This document shows positions 61,616 to 64,000 of a DNA stretch of 64,000 nt, one piece after another; within the stretch, counting starts at the first letter, position 1, and every line of letters begins with the position of its first letter. The stretch is from Sminthopsis crassicaudata (taxonomy: Eukaryota), in contig NC_133620.1 in assembly GCF_048593235.1 (NCBI RefSeq), positions 35,590,852-35,654,851 on the forward strand, in the 5' to 3' direction. The translations under genes were made by a program, and so were the position numbers. Under the pieces are notes generated by a model. It worked only from the letters and a program-made list of their open reading frames with translations, was not told the DNA's origin and made no database searches.

Positions 61616-62795
61616 GAAATCTGAGCTTTAGAAAATTGTTTGGGGCACTGAGAGTTTAAGGGATTTACCCAGTTTTCACATATCACTATGTATGAAGTGG
61701 GACTTGTACCCCGGTCTCCTCCTCATTCAATGACCATACTGCCTATCTGCTTTGCACATAGTAGGCACTTAATAATAAGTATTTGTGAAATTGAATGGAC
61801 TTATTCATGTTCAGACTTAGTTTTGTGTGGTATTTATCTACACATCTCCCATTTCTCCCAAACAAGATGGCAAGTTATCTATGGACTATGTATAATTCAT
61901 CTTTGTATCTCTCTTCTTCCCCCAAATTCTACCACTCTGCTTTGAACATAGTACATACTCAATTAAACTTTGGTGAATTTAATTAAGATTTGAGGAATTC
62001 TGGTACAGTGGAAAGAAAGGTGGATTCAGAATCAGAAAACCTTGGCTACTTGTTACTTGTATAATTGCCAGAGGTCACCTTCCATCTGTGGGTATCAATG
62101 AAAGGATTGGACTAGATGGCCTCTAGTTTCTCCATCTAGCTCTAAATCTATGATCCTATGATTTTATCACTTCTTTTAATGACCTTGAAGTTCACCTTTC
62201 TCCTTCATTTCTTATGAGTCACTTTATTTCCATTGGGCAAAATGAGCTCCTCTGAATAAGAGCAAAAGAAGCTACTTCAGTGACATGAAGATCCATGTCA
62301 TTATGCTACAGTTATTTTTTTGTCTTGTTATATTAGAGATGAGACACTCCAAAATAGATTTTTAATATTCTCTACAAATGATTGTTGAGCTGAAGCCCAT
62401 TTCCCATCTATAACTAAGAAGTAGCAGGAATTGATAGATCAGAATTTTGTCTCCTTTCCTCATGGCATCGTGGATCAATGCCTAGCCTTGGGTTAAGTAT
62501 TTTCTCTGGGCTCATATGCTACTTCTGACCTATACTAGCTGTCACACCATAGGCAAATCACTTAATGTCTCATTGCCTGAGGCATCTCTCTAGTTGCTGG
62601 TCTGCATGGGCAGAGATGATAGTTTTATTGGGATTTCCCTCTCCTGATGAAATGACAAGTATAGATCTGAGAAAAAATGGCCCATGTTGACCACAAAAAG
62701 GCACATGTTGAATACATGTCACCTTTGGATTTAGCAATTAGCTAATAAATCATTGGCATTTAAACCTAAAGAATTTAACAACCTGGTACCACTCC

Positions 62796-62831
<36 letters not shown>

Positions 62832-64000
62832 GACTCCTCCAGCATAATGCCTCTTACAAAGTAAGTGCTTAGTAAATCTTTATGTATTTATACTCCTACA
62901 TAGCTTTTCATCTCCCACTTCTGAGCCTTTGTATTGGATCTCCACTCTTCTTGGAATATATTCCTTCCCTAATATAATTTTTCAATTACCAGTTTGCTTG
63001 AAGCCTCAGTTCAAACATTGTCTTCCACATGAGGTCTTTCCTGATTCTTCCAGCTTCTATTTTCTCCACTCCCAATCACCTTTTATCTTTGTTTAAATAT
63101 GTACATATCCTAGCTAGAGCAGAAGTTTCTTGAGGGTAAGAGCTGTTCATTTTTGTCTTTCTATTTCCATGTCCAGGTCCAGGATTTTAAATAAGTTCTT
63201 ATTGGCCTCAAAATAATTTTTCATTGTTTTGTATTTTAGAAAAATTTTAAACATTTCCTTTTCCTATCATCATCAGCATTGGCTTTAAGGAAATGTAATC
63301 CACATTTCAGATGCATTTACAAAGCATGCAAGTGTATTGAAAAATTCTTTGGATACTTATGAAGCAAAGTTCTTTTCCACCCCAAATTATAGCAAAACCA
63401 AGTTCTGATAAAGGATCATAGATTTAAAGCTGGAAGCCACTTTGGTAGACATGTAATCCAATTCTAACTGAAATTCGATGACTTGTTCAAGTTCACAGAG
63501 GTTCCAGGATATAGAGCTGGTATTTGAATCCAAAAATACAGCATTATTTGCATTATATTTTGTCGTATGGTTCTCTTGGCAGGTAACAGGCAAGAGATCA
63601 ATCAAAATAGCGTAAGATGATCTTGGTTTGAATCCTGCCTCTGCCATGTTTTGTGATCTAGGACAAATCACAACTTCTCTCAGCCTCAGTTTTTGCATCT
63701 GTAAACTGACAGGGATGATTCAGATGCCTCTGAGTTCCCTTCCAGTTCCAAATCTATGATTTTATGATTTCAGGACAGTTTATACCTTCAGGCCTATAAA
63801 GCCACAAATGAACTCAATGGTCGATAAAAACAAACCGATGTTGCTTTAGTTTTTCTTCTGATTGAAATATCGTTTTTTAAAACTAGAAATCAATCAGACA
63901 TTCAGAAGATGTTTAGGACTTAGCCTTGAACTCAGAGTCCTGTAGATCCCATCTGTCTTGGAGAAGGCTCGCTTTACACAGCATGGGGCAGGCAGGCAGA

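Overview
AT-rich, repeat-dense mammalian genomic DNA. The repeat set (CORE-SINEs with RTE tails, marsupial-type L1 3' ends, an OC1-like hAT MITE, CR1/L3, L2) points to a marsupial, possibly a dasyurid; this is an inference. The dominant feature is a full-length, apparently intact + strand LINE-1 (50160-56639). It has an ETS/YY1 5' end, an open 391-aa ORF1, a 452-nt spacer, an open 1277-aa ORF2 with the expected EN, RT and CCHC motifs, a 31-nt pure poly(A), and a perfect 11-bp target-site duplication. The rest looks like the 5'/intronic part of a large host locus that I cannot name. It has two CpG-rich promoter-like regions (about 8.4-9.0 kb and 23.4-24.3 kb) and a few candidate exons. Two candidates (47025-47180 and 57710-57804) are phase-compatible and flank the L1. 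Most other ORFs in the track are low-complexity, N-spanning or repeat-derived artefacts. The N runs look like hard-masking rather than scaffold gaps. I found no rRNA, tRNA or CRISPR array. All repeat family names come from recalled consensus motifs, not from a database search.
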